Assembly (NCBI GenBank): GCA_002494725.1
Contig: DACG01000019.1
Coordinates: 19,407 to 83,406, forward strand
Reading direction: 5' to 3'
DNA from: Geoglobus sp. UBA235
GTDB taxonomy: Archaea; Halobacteriota; Archaeoglobi; Archaeoglobales; Archaeoglobaceae
DNA length: 64,000 bases
Below, piece after piece: positions 54,525 to 64,000 of this stretch. The notes beneath the pieces were generated by a model, which saw only the letters and a program-made list of their open reading frames with translations, was not told the DNA's origin and searched no databases. Position 1 is the stretch's first letter. Every line of letters begins with the position of its first letter. A program made the position numbers and the translations under genes.

Positions 54525-55069
54525 TTTTTCACCTCAACAAACACTATGGTGTAATCGCTCTCTGTTTCAAAAAAATCATGCACCTCATAAATCTTCTCAT
54601 CCCTGCTTTCCAGATTCTCCAGAACGATCATTTTTCTACCAGGAAAATTCAGCCTTACACCTTTTTTTGCAAGAACAAGCAGATTTTTAACCTCAGAGAA
54701 CTCAGGCTCTCTGCTGTGTGCGTTTAAAACAGACACCTCACACAGATCAGCGTTTATTCTCCCAAGAGCAACCTGAACACTTGATATTCCCGGAATCACC
54801 CTTGCTCTTTTAAAGAATCTGCCAAGCCCTGCAACCATCGGATCACCGGTCGAAAGCACAGCCACATCCTTCTCTTCTGCTTCCTTCTCTATGTCCCTGT
54901 ATGTTTTCTCATCAAATTCTGTCATCCGGACTTTTTCTCCTTTTATCCATTCCTCTGCTATTTCAAGGGCTTTTGAACTGCCGTACACCTTATTTGCTCT
55001 CGAAATCACCTCTTTTGCCTCATCGGTGAGATGTTCTCTTTTCAGACCAACACCCACAACAAACAGCAC
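54521..55069 (-). CDS. cbiE: Cobalt-precorrin-7 C5-methyltransferase CbiE
   Basis: It has FVVGVGL at the N-terminus and [10 protein letters not shown] prefer GTG 55069 as the start. The track ORF reaches GTG 55174, which is only 2 bp from the divergent cbiT start. Confidence 0.72.
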   Translation of the reverse strand: MLFVVGVGLKREHLTDEAKEVISRANKVYGSSKALEIAEEWIKGEKVRMTEFDEKTYRDIEKEAEEKDVAVLSTGDPMVAGLGRFFKRARVIPGISSVQVALGRINADLCEVSVLNAHSREPEFSEVKNLLVLAKKGVRLNFPGRKMIVLENLESRDEKIYEVHDFFETESDYTIVFVEVKK

Positions 55070-55175
55070 GGATGGATTTTTCTTGGAATGTTTTTTAATG
55101 GTTGCCTTCTCACCTTTTTGAAGATGTCTCAGGTGAAGGCAAGACTTTAATACCAAATCAAATTTTCTTGTCACA

Positions 55176-55709
55176 ATGGAAAGTGAGTTTAATCATGGAA
55201 AGTTCACCAAGGACGAGATAATAGGGGTTGTCTTCTCCAAGCTAAAGCCGGAAAGGCACTGGGTTTTTGCAGACATCGGAAGTGGAAGTGGAAGGGTTGC
55301 AGAATTCTTCTCTCCCTACGTCAGAAAGGTGTATGCTGTTGAGAGAGATGCGATACTTGCAGCTGAATTAATCAGAAAATTCAACGGTACAAATGTTCAG
55401 GTTGTAGGAGGAGATGGTTATGATTTTCTGCTAACCCACAAACCGGATTGTGTCTTTTTTGGAGGCACATCGAGAATAGACAGGATGCTTGAAGCATGCA
55501 CAGCAAAGAGAATGGCTGTAAACTGTGCCAGAATTGATGTTGCGCTTAAAGTTGTCGAGAAAATGAGGGAACTTGATTTTTTCACTGAAATTGTTGCTGT
55601 AAATGTTTCAAAAAGCTATGATCTTGCTGGAGGAATTGCTTTCAGGGCTTTAAATCCGGTCTTTGTGGTGGTTGGCAATGCTGAAGGGGGTAAGTCTCGG
55701 TCCCGGTGA
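55176..55709 (+). CDS. cbiT: Cobalt-precorrin-6B C15-methyltransferase (decarboxylating) CbiT
   Basis: 177 aa. It has FTKDEI and the SAM motif ADIGSGSG. Confidence 0.8.
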   Translation: MESEFNHGKFTKDEIIGVVFSKLKPERHWVFADIGSGSGRVAEFFSPYVRKVYAVERDAILAAELIRKFNGTNVQVVGGDGYDFLLTHKPDCVFFGGTSRIDRMLEACTAKRMAVNCARIDVALKVVEKMRELDFFTEIVAVNVSKSYDLAGGIAFRALNPVFVVVGNAEGGKSRSR

Positions 55710-56268
55710 TCCTGAGCTCGTGACAATAAAGGCAAAGAAAGCAATAGAGATGTGTGATGAGGTTATAGTCCCTGGGAGACTTGCAGAGAGCATTGTGAAA
55801 GAATTCAGGGATAATGTTAGGGTTGTTGAGTTTCCGATGGGAAATGCCGATGGGGTTGTTGAGACGCTGGCTGAGGAACTCGCATACAGGTGTATCAGCG
55901 AAGATATAGCCTTCTGTGTTCTCGGGGATGTTGCATTTTTCTCAACATTTCAGGATCTGGCAGGAGCTGTGAGAAAAAAGAATCCAGATGTGGTTGTTGA
56001 GATGGTTCCCGGAGTTCCAAGCTTTACAGCAGTTTTTTCAAGGCTTGGAATGTTTGTGGACAGCTCTTTCAGAGTCAGATCAGCACTGAACCAGGATGAG
56101 GGATTTGAAGTGGTTCTGAAGGCAACAAAGCCTCTTGAAATTTCCGAGGAACTGAGAAACAGGGGTTTCAGATCAATTCAGGTTGAGAGGATGTTCATGG
56201 AGGGGGAGTTTGTTGGAAGACCGAGAGAAAAGGCATCCTACTTCACAATGGTGGTGGGATGGAAGTGA
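55678..56268 (+). CDS. cbiL: Cobalt-factor-II C20-methyltransferase CbiL
   Basis: It starts MLKGVSLGPGDPELVT, a TP-methylase N-terminus. Confidence 0.8.
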   Translation: MLKGVSLGPGDPELVTIKAKKAIEMCDEVIVPGRLAESIVKEFRDNVRVVEFPMGNADGVVETLAEELAYRCISEDIAFCVLGDVAFFSTFQDLAGAVRKKNPDVVVEMVPGVPSFTAVFSRLGMFVDSSFRVRSALNQDEGFEVVLKATKPLEISEELRNRGFRSIQVERMFMEGEFVGRPREKASYFTMVVGWK

Positions 56269-56972
56269 AGGTGTATTTTGTTGGTTTTGGTCCTGGAGAT
56301 CCTGAGCTCCTCACGTTAAAGGCTTACAGACTGATGAAGAGAGCAGATCTCATAATCTACCCCGGTTCTCTTGTTGAGAAGGAGTTTCTTGAAGAGTTTG
56401 AGGGTGAGAAATTTAACAGCTTTGGAAAAAGCCTCGAGGAGATAGTAGATGTAATTGAAAAGGCTGTTAAAAGTGGAAAAACTGTTGTTAGACTCCAGAG
56501 TGGCGATCCCAGCATATATGGAGCTATAAACGAGCAGATAAATGAACTTAAAAAAAGGGGTATTGAGGTTGAGGTAATTCCGGGTGTCAGCAGCGTTTTT
56601 GCCTCTGCATCAGCCTTAAAAAGTGAACTAACATCACCTGATGTTCCGAGTGTTGTGATAACAAGACCGGCAGGAAAAACCCTTGAAAGGGATGAAATTG
56701 AGGAGTTTGCAAGAACAAATTCCACTCTCGTAATACTACTAGGTGTGGACAAGATCAGAGATATAGCAGAAAGAGTTGGGAAAATGAGGGGGTTTAATGA
56801 GCCTGCTTTTGTTGTTTATCGGGCAAGCAGGAAAGATGAGATTGTGATCGAAGGGACACTCGCTAATATAGCTGAGAAGGTTGAAAAAGAAAACATCAGA
56901 AGAACAGCCACAATAATAATTGGAAAAGCGGTAAAATCTGCAAGGAGGTCGGTATTATACGCATCGCAGTAG
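56259..56972 (+). CDS. cbiF: Cobalt-precorrin-4 C11-methyltransferase CbiF
   Basis: It has VYFVGFGPGDPELLTLKA, IIYPGSLV and LQSGDPSIYGA. Confidence 0.85.
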   Translation: MEVKVYFVGFGPGDPELLTLKAYRLMKRADLIIYPGSLVEKEFLEEFEGEKFNSFGKSLEEIVDVIEKAVKSGKTVVRLQSGDPSIYGAINEQINELKKRGIEVEVIPGVSSVFASASALKSELTSPDVPSVVITRPAGKTLERDEIEEFARTNSTLVILLGVDKIRDIAERVGKMRGFNEPAFVVYRASRKDEIVIEGTLANIAEKVEKENIRRTATIIIGKAVKSARRSVLYASQ

Positions 56973-56998
56973 TTGGATTTGAGAAAGACGTTGAAAAA

Positions 56999-57652
56999 TT
57001 GGAGAAAATATCAAATTTCTTGGAGGGAGAGGTAGTCATCTATAGAAAAGATGTGTGGAAGGACATAGAAGATTATGATAGCATTGTTGCTTTAATGGCA
57101 TCAGGAATAGTTGTTAGAGGCATATGCTCTATTTTAAAAAACAAATGGACTGATCCTGCCGTAGTGATTGTTGACAAGGAAATGAAGTACGCTATCCCAA
57201 TCATCGGCGGACATCATGGCGGGAATGAGATAGCATTGAAGCTTGAAGGGCTTGGAATGAAAGCTGTGATAACAACTGCAATGGAGTTTGAGGACGGATT
57301 GAGTGTTGGGATTGGCTTTAAAAAAGATGTTGAGGCAAAGGAGATCATCAATGCAATTGAACAGGCTTTGAAAGAAGTTAGAGCTTCCAGAGATGAAATA
57401 AGAGTCATATCTACATGGAAAGGAAAAAAAGAAAGTGAAGAGCTTGTAAAAGCTGTGGACTACTTCAAAAAACCGCTGATGTTTTTAGATGAAAATGAGA
57501 TAAACAAAATTGAAGTAGAATCCCCTTCAAAGGCTCAGATCATAGGATTGAAAAGTGTTAGTGAAGCTTGTGCTCTCTATTTTTCCAGAAAAAAGGAGCT
57601 TGTTTTGAGAAAGAAAGTTTATGGAGGCGTTACAGTTGCTATCGCAAGGTAA
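56999..57652 (+). CDS. cbiG: Cobalt-precorrin-5A hydrolase CbiG (short form)
   Basis: 217 aa with TTG start. It has an N-domain (ASGIVVRGICS..K.TDPAVVIVD....AIPIIGGHHGGN) and a C-domain (VGIGFKKD). The middle domain seen in long bacterial CbiG appears to be absent. Confidence 0.75.
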   Translation: MEKISNFLEGEVVIYRKDVWKDIEDYDSIVALMASGIVVRGICSILKNKWTDPAVVIVDKEMKYAIPIIGGHHGGNEIALKLEGLGMKAVITTAMEFEDGLSVGIGFKKDVEAKEIINAIEQALKEVRASRDEIRVISTWKGKKESEELVKAVDYFKKPLMFLDENEINKIEVESPSKAQIIGLKSVSEACALYFSRKKELVLRKKVYGGVTVAIAR

Positions 57653-58388
57653 ACTCTATGTGGTAGGAATAGGACCGGGATGCAAGGAGCTTTTAACAGT
57701 AAAGGCGAAGAACGTTCTTGAGATGGCAGATTATGTGACAGGTCACAAGAGGTACCTCGATTTAATCAAGGAAGTTGTAAAAGGACAGATAATAGAGAGT
57801 GGAATGGGTAGAGAAGTGGAAAGAGTAAAGATCGCAATCGAACTGGCTCAAAATGGAAATCAGGTCTGCCTCGTGAGTGGTGGGGATCCAAGCATATACG
57901 GTCTTGCTCCCTTAGTTGCTGAAATGATATACAGAAGTAAAATTGAGGTGGACTGGGAGATCATTCCGGGTGTTTCAGCCCTCAATTCCGCATCACCTTT
58001 GTTTGGGTCTGCAATAGCTGGAGATCATGCTGTTATAAGCCTCAGTGACATTCTCACGCCATGGGAAGTTATTGAAAGAAGGTTGAGAAAGGCACTTGAA
58101 GGTGATTTTGTGATAGCCATATACAATCCATCAAGCCGGAAGAGAAAACCCAATCTTGAAAAAGCACTAAAGATAATCAAAGAGTACAGAGGAAATTGCT
58201 ACATTGGAATTGCCAAAAACGTTTGTAGGGATGGTGAGGAGATAAAGGTTGTGAAAGTCGATGAGGTTTTGGGATATGCGGACATGCATACCCTTCTGAT
58301 TATCCCAGCCAACGAGACGATTGTTGATGGTAATGTGATGATAACACCAAGAGGTTATTCAAAAAAGTATGATTTGGAGGTAGGATGA
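57621..58388 (+). CDS. cbiH: Cobalt-factor-III (precorrin-3B) C17-methyltransferase CbiH
   Basis: It has LYVVGIGPG, GHKRYLDLI and VSGGDPSIYG. The exact start is uncertain. Confidence 0.85.
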   Translation: MEALQLLSQGKLYVVGIGPGCKELLTVKAKNVLEMADYVTGHKRYLDLIKEVVKGQIIESGMGREVERVKIAIELAQNGNQVCLVSGGDPSIYGLAPLVAEMIYRSKIEVDWEIIPGVSALNSASPLFGSAIAGDHAVISLSDILTPWEVIERRLRKALEGDFVIAIYNPSSRKRKPNLEKALKIIKEYRGNCYIGIAKNVCRDGEEIKVVKVDEVLGYADMHTLLIIPANETIVDGNVMITPRGYSKKYDLEVG

Positions 58389-58993
58389 TGCAGGATATGG
58401 GCGATTTGACCTTCGATGCTAATGAAATTGTGAAAAGAAGCTATGAAGTAGTTAGCAAAATTGTTCCGGGAAACACTCCTGAGGAAAAGGTTATCCAGAG
58501 GTGTGTTATAGCAACAGGAGATTTTGGAATAAAGGATTTGATCGTTTTTAAAGGTAATGCGATAGATGAAGGAATAAAAGCAATTCTTGATGATTCAAAT
58601 CTGATCTGTGATGTTAAGATGGTGTCTGCGGGAATAAATAAGAGGAATTTTGGCGGGGCAGTTTTTGTCGCAGTCGAACATGGAGACGATGAGAGGCTCA
58701 CGAGGGCTATGAGTGGAATTTATAGACTAAAAGACCAAATGGATGGCGCAATTGTTGTAATTGGAAACGCTCCTTCAGCCTTGATTGCAGTTTGCAATCT
58801 GATAAATGAGGGGGTAAGACCTAAGCTTGTTATAGGAACCCCAGTGGGGTTTGTTAATGCTGCAGAGTCAAAAGAGATGTTAAGGGAGCTTGATGTACCA
58901 TCAATAACGACAAGAGGCACGAGAGGAGGTTCAACTCTTGCTGTTGCAATTTTAAATGCCCTTGTAAATCTCGCCTATGAGAGATCCGATTGA
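58385..58993 (+). CDS. cbiC: Cobalt-precorrin-8 methylmutase CbiC
   Basis: 202 aa. It has VIGNAPSAL and GTPVGFVNAAESKE. Confidence 0.85.
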   Translation: MMQDMGDLTFDANEIVKRSYEVVSKIVPGNTPEEKVIQRCVIATGDFGIKDLIVFKGNAIDEGIKAILDDSNLICDVKMVSAGINKRNFGGAVFVAVEHGDDERLTRAMSGIYRLKDQMDGAIVVIGNAPSALIAVCNLINEGVRPKLVIGTPVGFVNAAESKEMLRELDVPSITTRGTRGGSTLAVAILNALVNLAYERSD

Positions 58994-59912
58994 GCATTAC
59001 AGATACCCAGAGGAGTGGATTAGAAGGGAAATTGAGAAGTTAGGATCGAAGGAAGTCAAGAAGAGAATAGAATCTGGACTGTATATATTGACCCACTCAA
59101 GGTGGTTGAAAAGAGGAATAACAACTGGAACCACAGCTTCAGCCTCTGCTGTAGGTGCAATAACATCTCTTTTTGAAGAGACAGATGGTGTTAAGGTTTG
59201 GACACCATCTGATATTGAGGTTGAGGTAAAAGTTATTGCGAAAAATGGCGTTGCTGTCGCAAAAAAGTTTTCAGGAGATCACTCATTTGATGTTACAAAT
59301 GGAGTTGAGATCAGAGCTGAGATTAGCAAAAATCTTGATTTTGGAGAGGGTATTGGAAGGCTAAACGGAAAGCCATCTATAAGCAATTCAGCAATGAGAC
59401 AGATACTTGTAAACATAAAAAAAGCAGCAGAAGAATACAGGTATGATGGATCTGCAATGCTGTCCGTTCCGGATGGGGAAAGGATCTGGGAAAAAACCGG
59501 AAACAGAAGGTTTGGCATCTATAGGGGAATATCGATTCTGGGCACAACTGGCTTTGTTGAGCCCTGGTGTGATGAGCTTGTTGAGGCAAAGATAAGAATC
59601 GCATCTCTCCTTGATAAGGTTACCCTAACAACAGGAAGAAAGGGCTGGAAATGGGCAAAGGAAAATCTCCCTGATTTTGAGCCAATTGTTATGGGTGTTC
59701 ACTTTGATAAAGCCATTGAGAGAATTGAGGGGGAGATAATCATAGCAGGTCTTCCATCTTTGCTTATAAAATGGGCGTTTCCTGAGTTGAGAGGAAAAAT
59801 TTTGAAAGGGGTGGATCCTGTAAAATTCAGGAATAGGATATTAAAGAAGGCTAAGGAGATAAACCCGAATGTGGTCGATGTTATCCTTTTGAGGGATGAG
59901 GATGCAATGTGA
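58977..59912 (+). CDS. cbiD: Cobalt-precorrin-5B C1-methyltransferase CbiD
   Basis: 311 aa. It has the RGITTGTTASA motif. Confidence 0.85.
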   Translation: MRDPIEHYRYPEEWIRREIEKLGSKEVKKRIESGLYILTHSRWLKRGITTGTTASASAVGAITSLFEETDGVKVWTPSDIEVEVKVIAKNGVAVAKKFSGDHSFDVTNGVEIRAEISKNLDFGEGIGRLNGKPSISNSAMRQILVNIKKAAEEYRYDGSAMLSVPDGERIWEKTGNRRFGIYRGISILGTTGFVEPWCDELVEAKIRIASLLDKVTLTTGRKGWKWAKENLPDFEPIVMGVHFDKAIERIEGEIIIAGLPSLLIKWAFPELRGKILKGVDPVKFRNRILKKAKEINPNVVDVILLRDEDAM

Positions 59913-60039
59913 AACTGATTCATTTTCACAGTTTTGCTTCACATCTCCCTTGAACGAAAGGCTTAAAAACATTTTATAATTAAAAGAGGTACAGCCATAG
60001 GGCTCTTCTACAAAAAATCAGGAAAAAGAAGGAGATGTT

Positions 60040-60687
60040 ATGATGCCAGAAATATTGCAGGACAAGGTGTATAAGGGAACAACAACAGTTGGAGTGGTAT
60101 GTAAGGATGGAGTGGTGATGGCCACAGAAAAGAGAGCGACGATGGGTCACTTTATAGCCAGCAGAAAGGCAAAGAAGATCTACAGGATATCTGACAGAAT
60201 TGCAATGACCACTGCTGGAAGTGTTGGGGATGCACAGTTCCTTGTAAGACTGATCAGGGTTGAGATGAATCTGTACGAGGTTCAGAAGGAAAAGAAGCCA
60301 AATGTGAAGGCAGTGGCAACCATAATATCAAATCTTCTCAACTCAACCAGATACTTCCCCTACTTGGTTCAGCTTCTTGTGGGTGGAGTGGATGAAGATG
60401 GAGGCAGCATTTACTCCATAGACCCGATTGGAGGGGCAATTCAGGAGTCAGACATTGTGGCAACAGGATCAGGGTCTCCGATGGCCTATGGAGTTCTTGA
60501 GGATGCTTACAGCCCTGATTTGACGTCAGATGAGGGCGTCGAGCTTGCGGTGAGGGCAGTTTACTCCGCGACAAGAAGGGACTCCGCAAGCGGCGACGGG
60601 ATAGATGCTGTGAAGATAACCCGGGATGGATATTTTGAGATACCGGAGGATGTGATAGGAGAGATAGTATCAAAGCTCAGAAAATAA
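60040..60687 (+). CDS. psmB: Proteasome beta subunit
   Basis: 215 aa. A propeptide is followed by GTTTVGVVCKDGVV, which contains the catalytic Thr. Confidence 0.92.
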   Translation: MMPEILQDKVYKGTTTVGVVCKDGVVMATEKRATMGHFIASRKAKKIYRISDRIAMTTAGSVGDAQFLVRLIRVEMNLYEVQKEKKPNVKAVATIISNLLNSTRYFPYLVQLLVGGVDEDGGSIYSIDPIGGAIQESDIVATGSGSPMAYGVLEDAYSPDLTSDEGVELAVRAVYSATRRDSASGDGIDAVKITRDGYFEIPEDVIGEIVSKLRK

Positions 60688-60701
60688 CCCTTTTTTGAAG
60701 G

Positions 60702-62621
60702 TTGGAGGTTATGTCAAGCAAGGAGTACATAAAGCAGTTAAAGGAGAAGATTTTGGATCTAATCCCCAGGAACGTCAGAATAAAAAACATAGAATTTGAG
60801 GGGCCGCTGCTCGTCATCTACGTTGAAAATCCCCAGGAGTTTGCAGATAGCGGAGATATTATAAAAAAGCTGGCAAAGGATCTGAGAAAGCGAATAATAA
60901 TCAGGCCAGATCCCAAAAGTCTGAAGCCACCTGAAGAGGCAAAGGAAATAATAAAGCAGATTGTTCCTGAGGAAGCTCAGATAACAGGCTTTTTCTTTGA
61001 TGAGGAGAACGGTGAGGTCATAATTGAAGCTGAGAAGCCCGGAATAGTCATAGGGAAGAACGGGGTCACACTCAGAGAAATAATGAAGGCTGTTGGATGG
61101 AGCCCAAGGCCTGTGAGAACTGCACCGATCAAATCCAAGACAATAGAGAATGTCAGAAGCTTTCTGATTGGATTCAAGGATGAGAGAAAGGAAATCCTGA
61201 AGAGAATTGGAGAAAAAATACACAGGGGTGCGATTTATGAGGATAAGTGGGTGAGGGTAACGTTTCTCGGAGGTTCAAGAGAGGTTGGCAGGAGTTGCTA
61301 CCTGCTTCAGACTCCGGAAAGCAGAATCCTGATTGATTGCGGTGTCAATGCTGGAAACATCCAGCAGTCACCTTATCTCTATGTTCCGGAACTTCAGCCC
61401 CTGGATAGCATTGATGCTGTTGTCATAACTCATGCTCATCTTGATCACTGTGGATTGCTGCCCGTACTTTTCAAATACGGCTACAGAGGGCCAGTTTATC
61501 TCACACCCCCAACCCGTGATCTCATGGTTCTCCTGCAGATAGATTTTATTGAGGTTGCTGGAAGAGAGGGAAATCCAATTCCATACGAGTCCACTCACAT
61601 CAGAGAGGCACTGAAACACACGATAACCCTCGATTATGGGGTGGTGACGGATATCTCGCCAGATGTCAGGCTCACATTTTACAATGCGGGCCACATTCTC
61701 GGCTCTGCAATAGCTCACTTCCACATTGGGGAAGGTCTTTATAACATAGCATTCACGGGAGACTTCAAGTTCGAGAAAACAAGACTCTTTGACAGGGCCC
61801 AGACAAACTTCCCGAGGCTTGAAGGTCTCATAATGGAGGCAACCTACGGAGGATCTGAGGATTTCCAGCCTTCAAGAAAGGAGGCTGAGGAGAAACTGCT
61901 TGAAGTAATAAAGAGGACTGTTGAGAGAGGTGGAAAGGTTCTGATCCCAACATTCGCTGTTGGAAGGAGTCAGGAGGTTATGATAGCTCTTGAGGAGGCA
62001 ATAAGAAACAGAGAGATCGAGGAAATTCCGGTTTACTTGGACGGAATGATATACGAGGCCACCGCAATTCACACAGCCTATCCGGAATACCTGAACTCCC
62101 ATCTGAGGGATCTGATCTTCCATCAGGGCATAAATCCTTTCATAAGTGACAGCTTCATAAGAGTTGATTCACCAACCAAGAGAGAGGAGGTGATTGAGGA
62201 CAGCTCTCCAGCCGTCATTCTTGCAACTTCAGGAATGCTCAATGGCGGGCCTGTGATGGAGTACTTCAAGGCCTTTGCGTGGGATGAGAAAAACACCATA
62301 GTGTTTGTTGGATATCAGGCTGAGGGCACTCTGGGAAGGAGGATTCAGAAGGGGTGGAAGGAGGTACCGATGCCATCTGCAGGAGGAAAGAGGGATGTTA
62401 TTGAGGTTAACATGGAGGTTGAAACTGTGGATGGGTTTTCGGGGCACTCAGACAGGAGACAGCTAATGAATTATGTGAGGGCGTTGAAGCAGAAGCCTGA
62501 GAAAATAATGACAATCCATGGGGATGAGAACAAGTGCATCGACCTTGCATCATCCATCTACAAGACATACAGGGTGGAGACAAGAGCTCCCCTGAATCTT
62601 GAAACCGTGAGATTCCTATGA
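60702..62621 (+). CDS. fttA: aCPSF1/FttA: KH-KH-MBL-beta-CASP ribonuclease (transcription termination factor)
   Basis: 639 aa. It has two N-terminal KH domains (GIVIGKNG), HAHLDHCG, and a beta-CASP domain with a C-terminal GHSD...IHGD. Confidence 0.9.
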   Translation: MEVMSSKEYIKQLKEKILDLIPRNVRIKNIEFEGPLLVIYVENPQEFADSGDIIKKLAKDLRKRIIIRPDPKSLKPPEEAKEIIKQIVPEEAQITGFFFDEENGEVIIEAEKPGIVIGKNGVTLREIMKAVGWSPRPVRTAPIKSKTIENVRSFLIGFKDERKEILKRIGEKIHRGAIYEDKWVRVTFLGGSREVGRSCYLLQTPESRILIDCGVNAGNIQQSPYLYVPELQPLDSIDAVVITHAHLDHCGLLPVLFKYGYRGPVYLTPPTRDLMVLLQIDFIEVAGREGNPIPYESTHIREALKHTITLDYGVVTDISPDVRLTFYNAGHILGSAIAHFHIGEGLYNIAFTGDFKFEKTRLFDRAQTNFPRLEGLIMEATYGGSEDFQPSRKEAEEKLLEVIKRTVERGGKVLIPTFAVGRSQEVMIALEEAIRNREIEEIPVYLDGMIYEATAIHTAYPEYLNSHLRDLIFHQGINPFISDSFIRVDSPTKREEVIEDSSPAVILATSGMLNGGPVMEYFKAFAWDEKNTIVFVGYQAEGTLGRRIQKGWKEVPMPSAGGKRDVIEVNMEVETVDGFSGHSDRRQLMNYVRALKQKPEKIMTIHGDENKCIDLASSIYKTYRVETRAPLNLETVRFL

Positions 62622-63100
62622 CCAGGATAATAAGCTTTGTGGGAACGTCTGACAGCGGGAAAACAACGATTCTCACCAGAATCATTCCGAAACTTGTTGA
62701 GAGGGGTATAAAGGTTGCCGTTATAAAGCATCACGCCCATGGTGATTTCGAGATTGACAAGGAAGGAAAAGACTCGTGGAAGCTTTACAACAGTGGTGCA
62801 GATGTTGTAATTTCCTCCCCGGTTAAAATGGCCTTCATAAGGCGAGCTGAAAGTGATACCCTCGACTTTATATTTGAGAGGTATCTTGATGGCGATTACG
62901 ATCTTGTCCTGACGGAGGGATTCAGCAGAGCAGGTAAGGACAGAATTGTTGTTCTTAACGATCCTGATAAACTCAAGCACTTCACTCACGGAAAGATTTT
63001 GGCTGTTGTGTGTGATGAGAGGATTGAAGGTTACACGTGGTTCAGAAGGGATGAGATTGACAGGATCGCTCAGTTCATCTTGGAACTGGTGAACAGATGA
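62618..63100 (+). CDS. mobB: Molybdopterin-guanine dinucleotide biosynthesis adaptor MobB
   Basis: 160 aa. It has P-loop GTSDSGKTT and VIKHH. Confidence 0.85.
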   Translation: MTRIISFVGTSDSGKTTILTRIIPKLVERGIKVAVIKHHAHGDFEIDKEGKDSWKLYNSGADVVISSPVKMAFIRRAESDTLDFIFERYLDGDYDLVLTEGFSRAGKDRIVVLNDPDKLKHFTHGKILAVVCDERIEGYTWFRRDEIDRIAQFILELVNR

Positions 63101-63801
63101 GAATCGCATCTTTCAGACCGGAAGAGCACGCTTTGGAAACTGTTGAAAAGATGAGAAAGCACGGTTTTGAGGCGGTTAATGTTCCAATGATCAGAACATC
63201 TGTCATGGAGGTTCAGGTGAGGAATGCGGACTTCACAGTTGTCACAAGCCAGACATCCGCCAGAATTTCCACTGAAAGAGGACTTCTGAGAGGAAATGTG
63301 ATTGCAATAGGTCCAAAAACGGCCCGGATTATACGGGAGTATGGATATGATGTCAGAATACCGTCAAAGTTTGACTCGGAGACACTCTATTTTGAATTCA
63401 GGGAGGAACTGAAGGGAAAAAGAGTCAATCTGCTTAGAAGCGATAGGGGAGATCCCGTCCTTTACAGACTCTCTGAATTCTGTGATCTGAGGGAGTATGT
63501 ACTCTACAGGATAGAAGTTCTGAGAGGGGAGGAGCAGAGAGAGATTGTGAGGGAGGTGTTTGACGGGAGGTTTGATGCCCTCATCTTCACATCGTCCATG
63601 ATTGTTGAGGGTTTCATGGCGAACCTGAATGATACCTTCAGCGGCATGAAATCAATGACTGAGCTTGAAGACGTTCTTGTGATTGCAATAGGCCCCCCAA
63701 CCGCAAGAAAACTCAGGAAGTATGGAATTGAACCCCTTGTTCCTGATAATTACACAGTGGATGGTGTTATTGAGCTTTTAAAGAGGCTGCAAAGAGCTTA
63801 A
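63097..63801 (+). CDS. hemD: Uroporphyrinogen-III synthase
   Basis: 234 aa, with a HemD-like two-lobe pattern (FTSQTSA-type VVTSQTSA and IFTSSM). Confidence 0.7.
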   Translation: MRIASFRPEEHALETVEKMRKHGFEAVNVPMIRTSVMEVQVRNADFTVVTSQTSARISTERGLLRGNVIAIGPKTARIIREYGYDVRIPSKFDSETLYFEFREELKGKRVNLLRSDRGDPVLYRLSEFCDLREYVLYRIEVLRGEEQREIVREVFDGRFDALIFTSSMIVEGFMANLNDTFSGMKSMTELEDVLVIAIGPPTARKLRKYGIEPLVPDNYTVDGVIELLKRLQRA

Positions 63802-63826
63802 ATATTAACTCCACAATACCATATTG

Positions 63827-64000
63827 ATGTCCAGATTCAGACATCTCATTTCAATTGATGATCTTGAGAGGGATGATATCGAGCACATTCTCTCAAAGGC
63901 TGATTCCTTTGTTGAAATTGCGCGGGGTGAAAAAAGCTCAGGAATTCTTGAGGGCAAAATCCTTGCAAATCTCTTCTTCGAGCCATCAACCAGAACGAGG
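63827..64000 (+). CDS. pyrB: Aspartate carbamoyltransferase catalytic subunit, N-terminal fragment (runs off the right edge)
   Basis: My translation gives MSRFRHLISIDDLERDDIEHILSKAD...LANLFFEPSTRTR, which includes the STRTR carbamoyl-phosphate motif. Confidence 0.85.
   Translation, partial: MSRFRHLISIDDLERDDIEHILSKADSFVEIARGEKSSGILEGKILANLFFEPSTRTR

Noticed and set aside
62558-63109. 183-aa minus-strand ORF over mobB
   Set aside because: MobB on the plus strand has a clear P-loop and family sequence, so the antisense ORF is spurious.
1-64000. tRNA, rRNA, transposase or integrase genes
   Set aside because: No intergenic gap exceeds ~250 bp, and none contains GC-rich, cloverleaf-capable sequence. 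No ORF shows DDE, tyrosine-recombinase or serine-recombinase motifs.

Overview
A gene-dense (about 90% coding), largely syntenic-looking chromosomal stretch from a euryarchaeon. I infer an Archaeoglobus, Ferroglobus or Geoglobus relative. The grounds are a Sir2 protein that closely matches my recollection of Sir2-Af2, a small CbiX, archaeal histone, EF-1beta, Orc1/Cdc6, aCPSF1, a proteasome beta subunit, methanofuran-type genes next to a beta-oxidation/ETF cluster, and a PGF-CTERM sorting signal.

I support about 85 protein-coding genes. Three of them are below or outside the supplied ORF track and come from my own translation: a truncated cmr2 at the left edge, a 53-aa Zn-ribbon protein, and a 53-aa desulforedoxin. 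A 49-aa RHH protein is also absent from the track.

Content from left to right:
- Edge of a type III-B Cmr module (cmr2, cmr1), then a PfkB kinase, Orc1/Cdc6, Sir2, Cgi121 and a KaiC-like pseudo-ATPase.
- hisI, a PIN-ATPase-KH protein, a presenilin-like protease and a Nog1 GTPase.
- A tightly packed train of 11 minus-strand genes (11.1-18.2 kb) that includes MfnE/MfnF-like genes and EF-1beta.
- An AT-rich island with two tandem paralogous genes of unknown function (20.3-21.6 kb).
- Histone, HIT, and a fatty-acid beta-oxidation block (ACAD, thiolase+DUF35, HCDH/ECH fusion, EtfBA).
- MinD, a beta-CASP nuclease, class II RNR, thioredoxin, a Liv-type ABC transporter and BirA.
- An HD/Mut7-C/SPOUT/Tpt1 cassette, cbiA, and VapBC plus accessory small genes.
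- An anaerobic cobalamin cluster (cbiMNQO, cobA, cbiX, E, T, L, F, G, H, C, D), then psmB, aCPSF1, mobB, hemD and the start of pyrB.

I found no rRNA, tRNA, CRISPR array, transposase or intein. Nothing here is demonstrably a new system. The best candidates for follow-up are listed as findings, each with explicit tests.
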